Part shown: in pieces, positions 1 through 13,419 of the stretch
Position numbering within the stretch: the first letter of the stretch is position 1
Layout of the letters: every line of letters starts with the position of its first letter
Assembly: GCA_965203295.1 (NCBI GenBank)
Contig: CBDBCZ010000016.1
Location: forward strand, 1,376,001 to 1,440,000
Length of the DNA: 64,000 nucleotides
Source: Nitrospirales bacterium
GTDB taxonomy: Bacteria > Nitrospirota > Nitrospiria > Nitrospirales > UBA8639
Reading direction: 5' to 3'
Made by a program: the position numbers and the translations under genes
The notes under the pieces: model-generated
What the model saw: only the letters and a program-made list of their open reading frames with translations
What the model was told of the DNA's origin: nothing
The model's database searches: none

Positions 1-3000
1 TCGAAGTCCTTCCTCCCAAACACTGCTGGACTAGCTGAGGAGCGCACGCCAACCAGCAGGTCTGCATGGTGATAGCGTGAGTTGATACACGCATTGTATT
101 CACCCTATGTTAATACGGTGTGTCCTACCAGTCTTTGTATCCTTGCTGCTGGCATCCCTAGTCTTCGACCAACAGATCTGAAATCCAAGGTAGTATGCAT
201 CAAGCTAAACAACAATGGAAATGTTTGAGGAGCACAGTCTTAATCTGGAGCTGCAGTATCCCTTCCACTGGAATATAGATCAACTACGTATAGATAGCGA
301 GATGCAATACTGGCTGTATACCTTGAGGTTGGATGGGTTAACTTGGAAGAACCTTGGATGCAGCGCCCCTTTTCCATTGTTGGTGAATTTACTAATCCAT
401 GAACCTGCACACACAGTCTGTAGATATGATAAGAAGTGCTCTATAAGTTCATTACTCAACAAACATTGCAGGTGTAATGGTTCTGCATTGGCTTTAATAA
501 TTCATTTCACCTCTATCTGAAGGATCTGTTCTTTCGTCAGAATTTTTTTCACTTCCTCAGGGTCAAGGAGTTGCCCTTCCTGCAGGGGATCACAGTTAGT
601 ATGCAACAGTTAGTATGCAAAAGCAGCCACCCTTTGTGCTACCGATTCTTTTTTTTGTTGTTCAAAAATCTTATCTCTCAAAGGCGGGAGCTTTTATTTG
701 GAGATGAGCAGCTACTCTAATGGGCACACAATGTGCTGTACATGCATGACTCACCTGCTGCTGTAAGGCTCTGGCACCCACTGAGACTGCAGTGGTACCA
801 TAGGCAAGGAAGGAGTGGTACCTGAAAGGAAAAGAGTTTGTTTTTTGTGTAACATTCTGACATTACAGGGTTCAGTACACAGCTATAAGTGCTGAACCTC
901 AATCACTCTTGATGCTGAACCACAGTAGGCTGCTAAATTAGCGAATAGATTGCCCCCCCCCCCCCCCCCCCCCCTTGCAGAACAGTGGCTACATGCCTTT
1001 GCTGGGTCTCCCGCCAGGAAAGGCTCCAGTTTTGGTTTTCAAGAAGGATCAAGTCTGCTTCGTTTTTTAGCTAGTGGGCAGCTAGACCCAGTGCCCTTTG
1101 GGGCATGCTAAAGATCTAGTCGAGTACTGGTCACTTTATTTATGGGTAACACAGTTGAGGTTCATAACAGTAGAAGGAAAACAATATTATCGCCTAGCTG
1201 GACTTCCCAGTGACTGAACCAAGGCCACTCTGTAAGGCTTCCTAAACAAAAAAAACATATCATTCCATTAGTGCAACACCCACACTTCTGCCTGCACTCC
1301 TTCATCCCCCCCCCCCCAAAAAAAAGGGGGCCCATAGCAAAAAAGTTCAACTCAGAAGAAAATCCTTGAATTTATGAGGCACTTATGCACTCGTAAGGCT
1401 TTTAGCCTTGGTTGCAGTCTACTGTGTAGGGCATGAAGGAAGCTCACCCAACATCTGGCTCATCAACACCATCGGCCTTGGATAGTAGCAGACCACAGTA
1501 GTGCAGGCCTCTCTCTACAGCATAGTCCAACGCCGTGTGGTCACTGGAATCTCTGATACTGGAATCAGCTGTGTGTGTGTAAATAATGTAATATGTGTAT
1601 ATACTCATTTCTGGAGTTGCTAGTATGGTATTTGCTTCATTCCCAGGCTCTACTCCCCAACTTTCTTCTGAGATAAAAGCTGGGGAGCAGAGCCTGAGAA
1701 TGAAGGTTGGTATGGTATATAAATTAGTGTACTGCATATACCTCCATTTGCAAGAAGTGCCCTGATGACCTCAGGGTTCTCGCAAACTGTAGCCCAATGA
1801 AGAGGAGTCCGGCTGAAATCAAGAGTGAAACCAATTAGAAACCCACAACTGAGAGAACATGTGGTTATACACACTTAATTTCTACAACATTAAAAGCACA
1901 CCAATTTTCATCCATGTCATCGACAGATGTTGGTCTAACAGCTTTAATTAAGCTCACAGCCTTGGCACATCCCTGAAAAGTGGCAATAGAATAAGATAAC
2001 AAATATCGCTATAAAGATGATTAACATTGAATAAAATATTTACCTGCTCTGCTGCCTGGTGCATAACAGTCTTTCCCTTGCTGTCACAGTATTGGGAGGA
2101 TTCCGTGGTGATAAGTACCTATAGAGGTATATAGGCATATGGTTTAGTTATTCACTGTACATGCAAGTATCGAACTAAGTGTATAGTCCACAACAATCCA
2201 TTATGTTCACATTTGTTAATACTGCTCCATAATATATTAAGCTCGTGCTCATAACCGTGTGGCTTACCTGAAGTGCTCTTAAGTCGTGCCTTTGCACAGA
2301 CCAGTGTACAGCAGTCATACCATCCATGTCAGCCAAAGCAGGGTCTGCAGTGGAACAGTATCATGAAATGAAGGACTTGGTTAAATTGTTATTCTCATCT
2401 GCCTGGCCATTTGATCTCAAAGTAATAGGCAGATACTCTTCTGCAGTAAAGTACACAAGTAACGAGCTCCCTAGACCTGGGGGCGAGTTGTTTGCAACTA
2501 CCAAAGGTTAAATTTCATTCTCTTCTTCTAAAGAACCAATAATACACAGCAGCAGTTACTGTATGAGCATACCTGCTCCCCTCTGCTTTAGCTTCTCAAT
2601 GTGCTCTGGCTTGACGTGAAAGGCTGCCCACATCAGTGGAGTCATCATGGCACCATCCCTGATGTTTGCATCAAGACTGGGCACCTGTAATACAGATGCA
2701 GTGTATAGTGTACAATGCATATAGCTATATCATGATTGTCTCACGTATACTTAATACACTTGTAGTGGTAATGCAGCAACTGACCTTATCCAAGAGTATA
2801 TCGACTGTCTCTGGGTTCTGGTTGTTGGTGCACCAATGGAGAGGAGTTCTTCCATCCTTGTCCTGATGAAATGATTGCTAGTCCTCAACTGACAATGCTG
2901 ATATAGCTAGCTAGTCTACACTGGAATGATTTCAAGGTGGTAGGTCCAAATCTGTATCCTAAAGTCTATAGCAGTTGATAACCTCTCAAAATCTCAGGGG

Positions 3001-6000
3001 TGCACACACAATATTCTAAAGCTGCTCACCGCTAAAGTTTTAACCTGGTACATGGATGCACCAAACTCATGTTACAGTACCAACGGATGTAGTAAACATT
3101 TAAGAAGTCCATCACTAATTGAGGGACTACTGAGATCAGGGTTTTTAATCTAAGGGTGGGTGAATACTAAGTATATAAATACCCTCCAACACAACTTTGA
3201 CTCAAAGAGGAAGATGGGTGGATAATACATTATGGGCGTACAATATGTAGTTTACGTACGGTACACACATGCACGGAGGCATTTCTAATAGAATTCAGGG
3301 TCATTTATACATAGTAGCTAAGTACATAAGACTGAAGGGGATGGTTCTAGAACTTTTCTGTTACACTGTATAGCAATTAATTCAAATACCTAATACATGC
3401 ACCATCAATCTAAGTGCTCAAGTGGAACACCAAATGCTTCAGTCTAACTAAAGTATCGGTGAGGCTATTTCCCACTTACCCTCTTCAGTCCATCAGCCCC
3501 AAGACTCAACAGCAGTGCTACCATCTCAACTGTGCCGGAATATGCAGCCTGGTGGAGACATGTGCTACCATCTGCAATATAAAAAAAAGTGTTGGAATGG
3601 AATTCATCTATATAGCCTACTAATGACTGGCTCAATGCAGAAGCTAGCAGAGTCTACAGCTGCAGCTGCCACAAACTCACCGTCAGCGTCTTCATTGACA
3701 TTAGCTCCAGCCTCCGCCAGTAGCTTGACACACTGAACTCGCTCGTTGTGGACAGCATGCATGAACGGGGTACGCCCCTCGCTGTCCCTGATATCCACTC
3801 CCTCTCTCTTGCAGAAGTTGTCCGTGCCTAGCACCAGCTCCACAGTGTCCTGCAGGATGGGCAGCTGGGAGAGGATCTCAGAGAGCGCTTTCTTGTTGCC
3901 GCTTGCTGCTGCGTAGTGCAGTGGCTGCATATCCTGGGAGCTACCAGTTGGGAAGTTCACGGCCTGACTGTGTGGAAACTCCGACGTGCCCCGTACAGAT
4001 ACGAGGTGGACGTTTCCCTTGTCTTCGTGCTTCTTAAGGCCTTTGTAAAGAGCTGGATCGAACGCTGCCACTTGAGTTTCAGTGTAGTGTTGTGACTGCC
4101 CATCAGGTTCTTCGACACTGTCATATTCGGGATCATGTGATATCATGTGACTGTCACCTGATACTGATAGAGTGCTCTGCCTTGAGGCTTCAGCTGCAGA
4201 AAGATTAGCGATGACAAAGCTGGTATCTGCTTCAGTAGGCTCATAGCACTCTAACTTGGGCATTGCTGCGATAATTTCGGGTTCTTTGTAGGTGGCTTCT
4301 TTCTTATGCGTACTAGCTTGGTCGGCAGGCGAAAATCTCGTTTGAGTTCTCTCCTGTGCAGAAGTGGCTGGGCTAAGAGAGGCTATATCCTCGAGGGAAG
4401 ATGACCGTCTCTTCTTTGGCTTCACCTTCACCACAGTGCTATATACTGGCTCGTATGGGGCAGGTTGGCCTCCAGCTGTAGAATAGGAAACTCTATTGTT
4501 AACAGTGTGAACACGTTTTAGCCTAGGTCCCAGTCTCCACTCCCCAGCTTTTTTCCTACATAATTGCAAAATAAGCTTACATGCATGTAATATTGAATTC
4601 TGTAATAATAGCTACTGTGGAGACTGGGAACAAAGCTAAACACAATATAGAATCAAAGAGCTATTACTCTCTGGAGTACTGGAGTGACTGGTACCTGGTG
4701 TGAAATCACTCTTAATTACCTGACGTGTCAGCAGTTTTGAGCGTGGCAGTGACGGTGGTTATTGCTGGGGCAGCGATAGCGGTAGCGCGACTTTCCTCCT
4801 CCTCCTTGCTGAGAGGGGCACTACCGGGTCTCGCTTTGCTTTGCTTCTTCCCCTGCACGAGCCTCCTGCCCAGCGAGACGGCATTACTCGGCCGTTGTGG
4901 TGTGATGTCTGGCAGTGGCTCAGCAGGGGCTGTGGTTGGGCTCGGAGCTACCTTGTTGCGTCGCAACATCAGCTTCTTAGGAGTCGTCTGCTGTTGGGGA
5001 GGCCTCTTTCCACTGAGGACTGCGTCTTTGCGGAGCTCTGATGTGCAAAGGTGATAATATTTTAGGGTGAGTATGTGAATGTAGCTAGATATAATGCACA
5101 TGCCTATACAAATACAACATTTCAAAGCACACAAAAAACGCTAATTAAAATGATCATGAATTGAAATGAGAGTCTGCACATCTAAACATATGCTTACCCT
5201 GTACACCACTCCTTGGCTTGCTGAATGGTGACCACGTCTTGCGCTCAGCTGTTTTGTCTTTCTCACTTTCTGGCGCTGGTTGAAAACCTGCATTCTTTAC
5301 CTGTGTAATGAATACGGGCATGAAAGCATACTACCACTGCAGTTAGCAATAAAATGGTTTTTGGGTGATATAGCTTATTACTGACTGGTATATTGGTAGT
5401 TCCTGATTCATCGTCACCTTCTGTTCCACCTGTATGAAATATTAAAGCATGTGTCAATTTGTAGGTTTGTCAGATATAGCAACTTCGAATGTTGAACATA
5501 AGTTTAGTGAAACAGTTCTCACAAAGCTGTTTCTAGGAGGTGATGGCAATCATGATTTATTTTGTCTACAGCTAAATGCTCAATCTCATTATTCGATTGT
5601 TTCGTACACACATTTCCTTCATATTTTGCAAGGGAGGAGATGGCAAAAGTATAATGTTATGCAATAGAAAGAGCACATTAATTGTTGATACACTCACATA
5701 CTAGTGGTTCATTATGGCTGAATGAACATGTGTTAGTGCATGCATCTTCAAGACACTCTCTAACCTACTGGATTCCCAACTTACTAAGGTCTACGTTGAA
5801 CTGTTGAGGTTCCTCTGGGGGTGGCCAGGCCTTTGGTGGGGTCCCCTCCAGGACTGGGGTACCAGAGGGCTCCACCTCGGTCACATCATGTTTCTTATCA
5901 CCATCACTAGCCAGTGTGCCCTGACCAAACATGATAGGTGGTAAAAGCACATGAAATCAGCTACTCTATCGATACAGCATTCTGCTTGAATGTCTTATAA

Positions 6001-6392
6001 AATAGTGTTCTGAAATCTGATATTTCTATTGGATGGAGCTTTAAAATGTGAATCAGTGGAGAGTACAATCTGAATTGGATCTTTCATTCTGTTTGTTTGT
6101 CTGGACCCCTACAATCTGCTAGACTGATTTTGTAGCTGTGGTATTGCTTAAGTTTGATACATGACCAGCCACAATTGACATCATCAGTACGTCAGCCCTC
6201 CAGGAGGGTGGTAGACAGAAGTCTGGGTGAGTGGGGGACATTCAAATCCCAGTCAGGCATCTTACTTGCCTCTTTGATGACATTCTTGAGCTTATCAATA
6301 TCCGGAGCTCCTTCTTGCTGCTGCAGCAAGGTGCGGGGTAAGTCCTCCTTCGACTCTGAAGGAACTACGCCAGGCAGGAGAGGGTTTGCCAT
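1..6392 (-). CDS. Multi-exon ankyrin-repeat protein with long low-complexity N-terminus and C-terminal PH-like domain; 3' end lies outside the window
   Basis: ATG at 6392 (MANPLLPGVVPSESKEDL). Spliced exons with AG/GT boundaries encode ankyrin motifs: MQPLHYAAASGN and EGRTPFMHAV (~3681-4478), DGSTCLHQAA (~3480-3570), DGRTPLHWC (~2785-2863), MTPLMWAAF (~2573-2684), GMTAVHW (~2268-2344), GKTVMHQAA (~2044-2118), RTPLHWA (~1742-1812), HTALDYA (~1448-1568). In-phase exons follow at ~755-821, 511-579, 322-417, 129-177 and 1-61. Boundaries of the 5' exons are approximate. Confidence 0.8.
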
Positions 6393-6546
6393 GATGGCGC
6401 CAGCGTAAAAAAGGGGGTGTGGCTCGTTTGAAACTTGCGGGGTTGCAACCTTTGGGGGCGTGGCTAACTCCGTCCCATTCACGAATTTCGATCCTGCAGA
6501 CTAGACTCTAGATCTATTAGACGAAAGGCTGAAAGGCTATAGCGAG
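6393..6546. promoter_or_regulatory. Putative compact bidirectional promoter
   Basis: Only 154 bp separate the divergent ATGs at 6392 (-) and 6547 (+). Contains a GGGGGCGTGGC Sp/KLF-type GC box and the palindrome GGTTGCAACC. Confidence 0.55.
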
Positions 6547-9500
6547 ATGTCTGCCGTACCAGCCCGCAGTAACTCTGCCACCCTCTTCGACTACGTTTCT
6601 CCTCCGGGCGTGACCAACTTCAAGATGGGCGCCCCGGGGGTCGAAACCCTTTCGAAGTGCACGGAGATCCTGAAAAAGGCTACCATACATAGAATGGTAG
6701 GCAAATCCAGCATGACATCATCTATATTTCACGGTGCATTGAGTTGTACATAACCCATACTTAAATTCGAAAGTAGGTATACTGTTAGGCCATAGCAGGG
6801 TTAGGGCCTACGTACCGCTCGCTAGTCTTGTGGGCCAGACCAACCGCAAAAATCGTCTGGCCCGCGAGACTAGGCTACCGCCTGCACAGACTTCTCAAAG
6901 TTCAACCAACAGTACAATTATACGTTCTATTTCCGCCCTGAATATAGTTATAGAAGCCGTTGAATAACATCATAGAAATACATGCAACCTTTGAAAACCA
7001 CTAGGCTGTGCCCTCTTTTTTTTTGCCTATTATGCTATTCCCTTTTTGCCCTTGTATGTAACATTACCTTCCATCAAATTCCGATACCTCCTTCCTTCTC
7101 TCTTCCCGATGACCTTTCAACGGGGTGCACATGAGGATCCAGGAACATGACTGAATGTCCTATACATTAGTATCTCTTCTCAATACATGGATTTGCGAGA
7201 CCGTTTAGCGACCATTTATACTTATTTAGATACTAAATTAGATAACCTCACCCCCTCCTATTTACGGTCGGTTGGCAAAAAAAATGATATTGAACGGGGA
7301 TAATGTACAGAGTGCTAGTTGCAGCCTATGTAGCTCTCACCTCGTCATAGCCGTACTTTCGGCACGAAAGGTATGGTGTTGTTTCATGGAGCCCTTTAAC
7401 ATACTGGAGTGTAGATATTCAACCACACTCTCGGCCAGAGCTACAAAGGCAAATACCACTGCCGCTGTACTTTTCTCCTACCTTTTTGCCAACCGACCAG
7501 AAGGGATGTGGCTATCTAATTTAGGGTCTAAATGTCGCTAAACGGTTTTCGCTAATCCGCATGCTTACACTGAAGATAGACTGCCACTAAAGTAATGACT
7601 GCAGCAGTGTGGTTGACCTTTGGTACTTTCAGGTAGTGGAAAATGTAGTTTGGCAAGCCTCCAGTAATTCTATTGTGAATATTCAAGGGGGGGTCACTCC
7701 CATAGGCTCTGTAGTCACAACTGCGACCGCGGGTCAAAGTTTGACCAGCTCTTTTCAGTAGTTTGACTGTTGACCATGCTGATTTTCTCCCGTTAACCTT
7801 TGACCGCTCTACAATTTTGACCGTCGATTGTGCAAGGGACTTTCCCTAAAGCTTGCTGCTCGATCTGAGTCTACCGAAAAGCACTCGAGTGACAAACTAC
7901 AGTCTGTTGTTCTTGCGTACGAGTCCATCCATTCCGCACTACGACCTGCCATTGTCAGCGTTGACCGTATTCCTGAGCGTGCTTTGACCGTTGACCACAC
8001 CCTTTTGAGCGGCTTTGACCGTTGACCATTGACCGATGGCAGTCGCACTTGTGACTACAGAGTCTATGGGGGTGACCTCCCCCTGATTATCTCATCATCT
8101 CTATTTCACAACTAGCATGATATTCACAGCACTTGTACTGCATTATGTGATTGTTTATCACTCCCAAAGAATTTGTACATACCTCAAAAACTAAACTTCG
8201 GCCTCACAGTCAGTCGTGCAGGGTGACTATCATGATTATTACCGTAGGACTGGTTTACGATGATGTGAAAGTAATTCTTTTGAAGCTTGCAAAAATTAAA
8301 ACGCATACGCATATATACGAACACAAAATATAAAGTATGTGATTTGTGTTGAAAACATACAAATGCAATGATTTTCATGTGCAATTAAAACCACTCCCAT
8401 GGTAATACATGTAGTAAGGAATGTTTTTGTACTGGGGACTGACATATATCCCAATGTTGATATTCGAGTATTTCCCCATGGAATTGTCATGGATATCTCA
8501 CGATGTAATTTTCAATTCCTCCCCAGGATGAGCCCAATGCTCACCAGCTGTTCCAGTACGGGCCTGAGTCGGGGGACCGACAGTTTCTGGAGACACTGGC
8601 TTCCTTTCTCACTGAGGAGTACCAGTCTCCTGTGCAGGCGTATGTCAGAGTCAGCTGTAATTTTAGCACAGTCAATTCTTCATGATTTACGTAGAGTATT
8701 TAACATCAGAATACCTGTACTTTTTGTTTCGAAGTTGCACGTTTGAGATTGCTATACTTATACCAATACACTCCCCTTCCATCCCATTCCTTCCCTCCTT
8801 TCCTTTCCCTCCCCTCCCCTCCCCTCCTCTCCCCTCCCCTCCCCTCTCCTCCCCTCCCCTCCCCTCCCCTCCCCTCCCCTCCCCTCCCCTCCCCTCCCCT
8901 CCCCTCCCCTCCCCTCCCCTCCCCTCCCCTCCCCTCCCCTCCCCTCCCCTCCCCTCCAGCGATGACATGATTGTCACAGCAGGTGCAACCCAGGCTTTGA
9001 ATGTGTTGACACACTTGCTGTTCTCAAATGGCGACTTAGTTTTCATGGAAGATCCCACCTACTTTCTTAGTATCAGAATGCTGGAGAGTGAACACGGGAT
9101 GAAGTATGCCTCAGGTACATGTACATAATTGTTTAACACACTGATCTGTAGTGTGACCTCATTCTCAGGTCTGCACCGTTTTTAAAGTCATTTGTATAAC
9201 CAAAAATAGCCCAGGCCTGGGAATGAGGCTATTGGTAGTCGTCTTCAAGCCAGAAAAGCTCCACGACCAATAGACGTACACGTATTAACATTGGTTTGAC
9301 ATCACCGCTCCTAAATGATAATGTATATGCATTTACGTATGATATACTAGCCCCATTCCCAGGCTCTGCTGCCCAGTTTTTTTCTTTTTGCATGTAGTAA
9401 AATGGGCAGTAGAGCCTGGGAATGAGACTATGGTATACAAATAGAGACTGTAGAAAATTATCTTCATACAGCACAACAACTTGCTATCCCTGTTTTAAAG

Positions 9501-12500
9501 CAGACACAGTGGAACCTCTCTAATGCAGACTACTAGTTAGATTCATCATACTAATATCGATAGCCATTAACAAGGTTTTAGAACCCTTCTCAACGACGCA
9601 CAGCTGAGCCAGAGCTCCAGAACATGGCCATGTGGTGCTGAAAAGCTCGTCGAATATGTGTGGCCACACCTACCAGCAGCTACACTAGAAACCGCTGAAA
9701 TTTGGACACCTTTACATTTTGGACAAGCATGGTTGGTCCCAATGGTGTGACAGATACTTTTCTAAGAAGACAGCTGACTGTCCCCACTGTCAAGTGAAGT
9801 TGATACAGTCTATGTAGCTACTGTTAGGACTGAAAAAAAACTGTTTGCTCGCAGAATAGTAGGGTGTCCGCATTTCAGAGGTTCAGATAAGCAAAGTTGC
9901 CTGTTATCATCTTCCAAGCATCTTCTTGCAGTCCCTGTGGATGACGAGGGCATTGTTCCATCCGAACTGGAGAAGGTCCTGCAGGCCCACCAGGACTACC
10001 GCCCCCGGGAGCTGACAGAGAGGAAGCCGTTCTGGGCCATGCTCTACCTCATCCCCGTCTACCACAACCCGACTGGAGTCTGCCTCTCGCCAGGTGTCTT
10101 GCGTGTGTTGTGAGAAGAGTTTACAATGCATGGAGAGTCATATACTAAGCTACAGTGATATAGTCTTGTCTGAGTGAGTGCATTTAATGTTAGTGTGTAC
10201 CTGCCAGTGTATGCTTTTAGCTGTAATCACAACTGAGTGCATGTTTAACAGGGCCCACGCAGATAATCATTGACACGCGTGTGCTTCTCATAATAGAGTG
10301 ACACCAACAGATGCATTCTTCCGTGCAATGAAAAGGTTGTCTACAGCTTCATCAAGACTGAAATAGACGGAGCTGTAGTACTAAGTATGGGCATTGAAGA
10401 ACTAACAGAAATAAAACTAGGGAGTTCGTTTCGGATAATAATTATGAGCCCTCGTATAGGTTCGGATTGAAATTGAGGATATGAGACTTATACTAGCCAG
10501 CTATAACGGGGGGGGGGGGGGGGGGGGAGAGTATTCATCAAGCTGGTCTATAAGTAGCTAAGCCTTGCTACTATTCCTCCCATCAGTTTTTTGATGACTT
10601 CAGTAGTTGTAGGTCACTGACAGCTGTAGCCACTACAGTGATTTATGAACACCCTGGTAACATTTTCCTGTCCTTCAGTATACAACAAAAGATTAGGCCT
10701 TGCATAGGTGCTGGTGAGAGAGATGAAAATTAAATGTATACTTTCTATAGACCGTTGCAGGGAGGTGATTAAACTGGCTCGGAAGTATAACCTACTGGTA
10801 CTGTGTGACGATGTCTACAACCTGCTCCACTTTCCGGATAAGACTGCCCCCCAGAGGCTCTTTACCTATGATGACAAGTATGTCGTCTGTAATATTTCAT
10901 TAATATTTGTGGGTTTTGAAGACAAATTGCCTTCTTTGATAATTACATTGTATTGTATACTATATGCATATTGCATAATACATTTTTGCATGTTCAAAAC
11001 AAACTTGCAGTTCACAATTACCCAATGGTCTAAGGTACCTTTTTCTCCCACAACCTTAACAATATCCTCCATGACACAGAGTAACCTGATAAAAATGAAT
11101 CAATGCTCCTTTATATTAATTTGCATTCTGGTATAACTGCTTGGTCCTCCATGTAGGAGTGATCCTGAGTACCAGGGAAATGTCGTCTCCAACGGAACCT
11201 TCTCCAAGATATTCGGTCCAGGGATACGACTGGGGTGGATGGAACTGCCAGATAGGGTAAAAGACATCATCATTACCAGGTACGGAAGAACTGAATGGAT
11301 ATTGATAGGCTATGTTACACACTGGAGCAGTATAGACCCCACCTACATATATAGTGGCTGTGAAATGATTAACTTTATGTATGTACTGAAGGAAGGTGTT
11401 GATCGATATACAGCATGCATTTATATACATATCAATAGATGAACTACTTGTTTTCTAGCAGTGGTATTAGGCTGGTACATTGACTGTTGGTATGGGGGGA
11501 AAATTCAATTAGGTTACTTTATGTTCTCTGTGCTTGTGCTCGTGGCAGTGCTGCCAGCCTACTGTTTGTACCATGAAGGCACTATAGTTATACCAGGTCC
11601 TTGATTATATAGTACTTTCATATTATTGAGAGACTCAACACTCTAGATTGTACTATAGTCAGATTTATTCACCCCCTATAGTCATAGGTATTGTGTTACC
11701 ACTGCTCAAGTTTTAACCTGCGTTTTCATCTGATTGGTATGGGCAAACACGCACACAGCTAATTTGCTGACTCAAATGGAGGGCTCCAAATGATTTAGGT
11801 AGATGTGATGAGAACCAATGCTTAAGTTCTGTATGTTATTGACTCAGTTTTCAGTTCCTTACCATTATTATATGATCATACATGAGAGGATTTAATGGCA
11901 AGTACAGTGAAATATTGCCCATGCACAATAGTGACATCACATATACATGTACTTCAAATTCTCTTCCGTGCAGTGGAATGGCACGAAGTGGAGGTGGCTT
12001 TAATCATACAATGTCAGGTGTCATGACTAGTGTCATATCTCTGGGACTGCTGACCAATCTGCTGAAGGAATCCCGGAAAGACTACCAGGTGAGCTGAGAG
12101 CAAAACTCAAGTGGATTAGCCGTATTACAACTGCATGGCCTTATACTACCTGGAAGTACAAGTAGAGGTGTATATTTATGCGGCTAGCTTCTGAGATATG
12201 ATAAAGATGACTCGGACACCCTTCTGCATGTATAGCCTATGTCTGCATTTGTCACTGTAGGCTCAATGTGAGGCTCTCTGTGGAGTACTAAAGAAGAAAT
12301 TGCCCACAGCATCCTTCAAAGAACCATCGGTATGCTCACCTGACATGGCCGTGCAGCCTATGCCAGCAAGGCCTGAGGATTTGAGCTCATATCATCTTCA
12401 TTTATTGTACAGGGAGGATACTTTCTGTGGGTAAAACTGCCTGATGGCATTCAAGCACCAGGTAAGCCATAGTTTGGTGACTCGTTTCATAGCCAGTGCA

Positions 12501-13185
12501 TGTACATCAATAATAAGTAGAGAACATGAGAGCAAAACGGGGCCTATTATTGGGCCCAGAGGGAGCCCATGCTGTAATTCCTAAAATGACTTGTATCCTT
12601 GTACTATAGCTAAGCAAGAAATATATGGGCCTTATTTAATTCTCCAAGGTTTACTTTTTTCCTGCTGTATTTCCTAAGCCACCAAAATGTTGCCTGTTTA
12701 AATTTAAGGGGATGGGGATATTATTTTAAAATCTGAGCTACTGCTGCACGGCATGCAAGTATTTAATTCAAAGCTGGTTAATTGTTCTACTCTTTACCAC
12801 CGTATGTGAAGAGCTGCTGAAGCGCTGTGAGGCTGATGCCCAGCTCACTTTCGTCACTGGACATGTGTAAGTATGTTCATTCAATATAACATGTACATTG
12901 GTGTCAAAGTAGGCAAGATAATACAAAGATAAGTAGAGCTACTATTTATTCCCAGGCTGTATGGTCTTCAGCTTGCTGTCAATTCAGTGCTAAATGAAAT
13001 ACTCACTTCAAGCCGTTAGCCATGATTATTATATGTACTGTTCATCTTCCTTTTGCAGAACTTCCCCAACGGGAAAGTTTATTGACCATGTTCGACTCAG
13101 TTTCTCCTACTATGATAAGGATGTGCTTGCAGTAGGAGCTGAAAGGCTGATGGGAGTCCTCGAAAAGATCCGGGCTGGGCAGTGA
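6547..13185 (+). CDS. Class I PLP-dependent aminotransferase (2-aminoadipate/aromatic aminotransferase-like, YER152C-like), copy 1, 11 exons
   Basis: In-phase exons 6547-6696, 8527-8639, 8960-9114, 9932-10093, 10751-10877, 11157-11279, 11974-12088, 12261-12329, 12413-12461, 12812-12866, 13059-13185, all GT-AG. Motifs: QYGPESG, TAGATQAL, MEDPTY, YHNPTG, DDVY, TFSKIFGPGIRLGW (PLP lysine), GGYFLWV, VRLSFS. Confidence 0.9.
7189..7558. mobile_element. Non-autonomous TIR element in intron 1
   Basis: Imperfect ~90 bp terminal inverted repeats (GGATTTGCGAGACCGTTTAGCGAC ... GTCGCTAAACGGTTTTCGCTAATCC). Confidence 0.6.
7683..8086. mobile_element. MITE with ~38 bp TIRs and about 10 internal TTGACC repeats
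   Basis: GGTCACTCCCATAGGCTCTGTAGTCACAA ... TTGTGACTACAGAGTCTATGGGGGTGACC; not seen in the paralogous intron of copy 2. Confidence 0.65.
8807..8957 (+). repeat. (CCCCT)n microsatellite abutting the intron-2 splice acceptor
   Basis: About 30 units directly before the AG at 8958-8959; a shorter paralogous tract lies at ~15356-15444. Confidence 0.95.
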
Positions 13186-13419
13186 ACTGTTACATGTAGG
13201 ATGCTTATCTTATCTGTGGGAATCTTACTTTGAACAATGAATTTTAAATCTGAATCAGTAGCGAGTAAATTCTAATCTATAAATTCCGTTTGTTTGTCGG
13301 AGTTATATTGGATGGGACCCCACAATATACTGCAGTTGCTAGACTGATTTTGCAACTGTGGTATTGTTTGACATGACCCGCTATAATGGACATCATCAGT
13401 CAGGCATCATCTTACTTAC

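Noticed and set aside
995..1243. Additional ankyrin-gene exon after the TTTAG acceptor at ~1243
   Set aside because: All three frames reach stops, and the flanking exons join in phase without it. An alternative terminal exon cannot be excluded.
8682..9128. Extensin-like PPLPS and RGG-rich ORFs (also 15034-15627)
   Set aside because: They are translations of the intronic (CCCCT)n tract; only the true exon portions are coding.
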